From assembly GCF_045037415.1 (NCBI RefSeq), contig NZ_CP173438.1: a stretch of DNA of 64,000 nucleotides, one strand, 5' to 3'. The notes beneath the pieces are model-generated. The model had not been told where the DNA came from and did no database searches. It worked only from the letters and a program-made list of their open reading frames with translations. Origin of the DNA: Escherichia coli (GTDB lineage Bacteria > Pseudomonadota > Gammaproteobacteria > Enterobacterales > Enterobacteriaceae). The translations under genes were made by a program, and so were the position numbers. Positions 62,372 through 64,000 of this stretch are shown piece after piece (the first letter of the stretch is position 1; the number at the start of each line of letters is the position of its first letter).

Positions 62372-63250
62372 TTAAAGACCAGCCTGCTGGCGAACCTGAT
62401 TTAGCAGGGCGCTCCAGTCCTGCCGCCCTTTGCCGTCTTGACTTGCTGCGGCGTAATAACTTTCTGCTGCAATCCCCATATTGAGCGGCGCCCCCGTTTT
62501 CCGAGCGACGTCAACTGCAATACGCAGATCTTTCAATGCCAGGTCCACCATGAAGGCGGGAGAAAGATCGCCTTTCAGCACTTTGCCAGGCCAGGTGGTC
62601 GTAAAATGTCCTTTCCCTGCTGCCGTACCACTCATCACCTTAATTGCGACATCAAGATTTAATCCCAGTGACTCACATAACACAGCGGCTTCGGAGGACA
62701 GCGCATTAAGCGCAATGCTCATATAGTTGTTAATTAGCTTCACGCGGATCCCCATTCCTGGGCCACCAGCCTCGACCAGCTCATTACCCATGCACATGAG
62801 AATCGGGCGTGCACGCGCAATCTGCTCATCAGTGCCGCCCGCTAAAATCAGCAATGTGCCATCAATCGCATTCACTGACGTTCTGCCCACGGGGGCGTCC
62901 ATCATATTGATGCCTTTTTCTTGTAATTCCCGTATTAATGCATCGGTCTGTAAGGGATGAATAGTCGACATATCAATCACTAACGCGTCAGATGAAACAG
63001 TTTCACAGACGCCTTTTTCCCCCAACAGCACCTGTCGAACAATGTCCCCATTGGGAAGCATAGTGATGATAAATTCAGCGCTTGCTGCCGCTTCCGCTGG
63101 GGTTTGTGCCGCAGTGGCCCCCTGCGTAACTAGCGCATCGACGGCCTGTGTATTGACATCAAATACCTGTAATGAATGCCCTTTTTGCAATAGATTGTTA
63201 GCCATTGGGCTACCCATCTGCCCCAGCCCGAGAAATGCAATGGTTGCCAT
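62372..63250 (-). CDS. NAD(P)-dependent 3-hydroxyacid/aldehyde reductase, YihU-like (HIBADH family)
   Basis: ORF track starts at 63451; internal start [21 protein letters not shown] at 63250 gives 292 aa with a Rossmann GLGQMG. Confidence 0.8.
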   Translation of the reverse strand: MATIAFLGLGQMGSPMANNLLQKGHSLQVFDVNTQAVDALVTQGATAAQTPAEAAASAEFIITMLPNGDIVRQVLLGEKGVCETVSSDALVIDMSTIHPLQTDALIRELQEKGINMMDAPVGRTSVNAIDGTLLILAGGTDEQIARARPILMCMGNELVEAGGPGMGIRVKLINNYMSIALNALSSEAAVLCESLGLNLDVAIKVMSGTAAGKGHFTTTWPGKVLKGDLSPAFMVDLALKDLRIAVDVARKTGAPLNMGIAAESYYAAASQDGKGRQDWSALLNQVRQQAGL

Positions 63251-63422
63251 GAATACTCTCCTGTCTGACATTGACAAAATAATGACAATTGAAAATTCGT
63301 TTTCGTCTGTTTTTGAGCATATTTGTAATTTATGTTCAAAAACACGACACGCATCACTAATTTGATCATTTGTGTCATTTAAATTGACCAAAGACGACAA
63401 AATTAAACAGGACAAGACAAAT

Positions 63423-64000
63423 ATGACCAGAATTGCATGCGTGGGTATCACAGTTCAGGACAGAATTTATTCTTTGCCCACTCTGCCGGAGGGTGGCGGG
63501 AAATATCAGGCAAATCATTATCTTGAGATTGGTGGCGGCCCGGCAGCAACAGCCGCTGTTGCAATCGCAAAGCTTGGCGTGGAGGTTGATTTCATCGGTC
63601 GCGTCGGCGATGACAGTTGTGGAAATACCTTACTTGCAGAACTTGAGGGTTGGGGCGTCAATACCGCATTTTGCCGCCGATATCCTAACGCCCGTTCGTC
63701 GCAATCAGCGATCCTCGTTGATCAGCATGGCGAACGGATTATCGTTAATTATCCAAGTCCTGATCTCGGTACTGATGCCGAATGGTTAGAAGCGATCGAT
63801 TTCTCTCGTTATGATCTGATTCTGGCCGATGTTCGCTGGCATAGCGGTACTGAAAAAGCATTCTCGCTAGCGCGCCTTGCGGGTGTGACAACGCTTTTAG
63901 ACGCCGATATGACACCGCAGGATATTTCTCCACTTGTCGCGCTTGCCGATCACGCCGTGTTCTCAACACCAGGGCTGAAACGCATGACTGGCCTGCAGTC
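63423..64000 (+). CDS. PfkB-family sugar kinase, YihV-like (3' end beyond the window)
   Basis: my translation from the ATG at 63423: [52 protein letters not shown]...; ribokinase-type GG motif; divergent from the reductase gene; runs off the window. Confidence 0.75.
   Translation, partial: MTRIACVGITVQDRIYSLPTLPEGGGKYQANHYLEIGGGPAATAAVAIAKLGVEVDFIGRVGDDSCGNTLLAELEGWGVNTAFCRRYPNARSSQSAILVDQHGERIIVNYPSPDLGTDAEWLEAIDFSRYDLILADVRWHSGTEKAFSLARLAGVTTLLDADMTPQDISPLVALADHAVFSTPGLKRMTGLQ

Overview
The window reads as an Escherichia-type enterobacterial chromosome segment, syntenic (in reverse orientation) with the E. coli K-12 metL to yih region. Gene identities come from my own reading of the translated ORFs and remembered K-12 gene order; no database search was run. 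The conserved backbone runs metL-metB, metJ, yiiX, rpmE, priA, cytR, ftsN, hslVU, menA, rraA, zapB, glpFKX, fpr, uspD, yiiS/R/Q, tpiA, cdh, sbp, pfkA, fieF, cpxP/cpxRA, yiiM, kdgT, sodA, rhaT, rhaRS, rhaBAD, rhaM, fdhD, fdoGHI, fdhE, then yiiD, dtd, yihY, yihX. Many ORF-track starts are over-extended at the 5' end (metB, metJ, priA, glpK, cdh, pfkA, fieF, rhaR, rhaD, yihU-like and others); I give the internal starts that restore the expected protein lengths. No rRNA, tRNA, CRISPR array, IS element or transposase was seen. Three places depart from the K-12 backbone and are the best candidates for something undescribed: (1) an AT-rich two-gene insert (membrane protein plus soluble protein) at 48.7-50.3 kb between two paralogous ribbon-helix-helix genes, next to a toxin-antitoxin pair, two Cys/His-rich small ORFs and an esterase; (2) a yih-like but differently composed kinase/aldolase/reductase/Zn-dehydrogenase/two-MFS/epimerase cluster at 56.6-64 kb; (3) a coiled-coil outer-membrane porin where K-12 carries frvABXR, between rhaM and fdhD.
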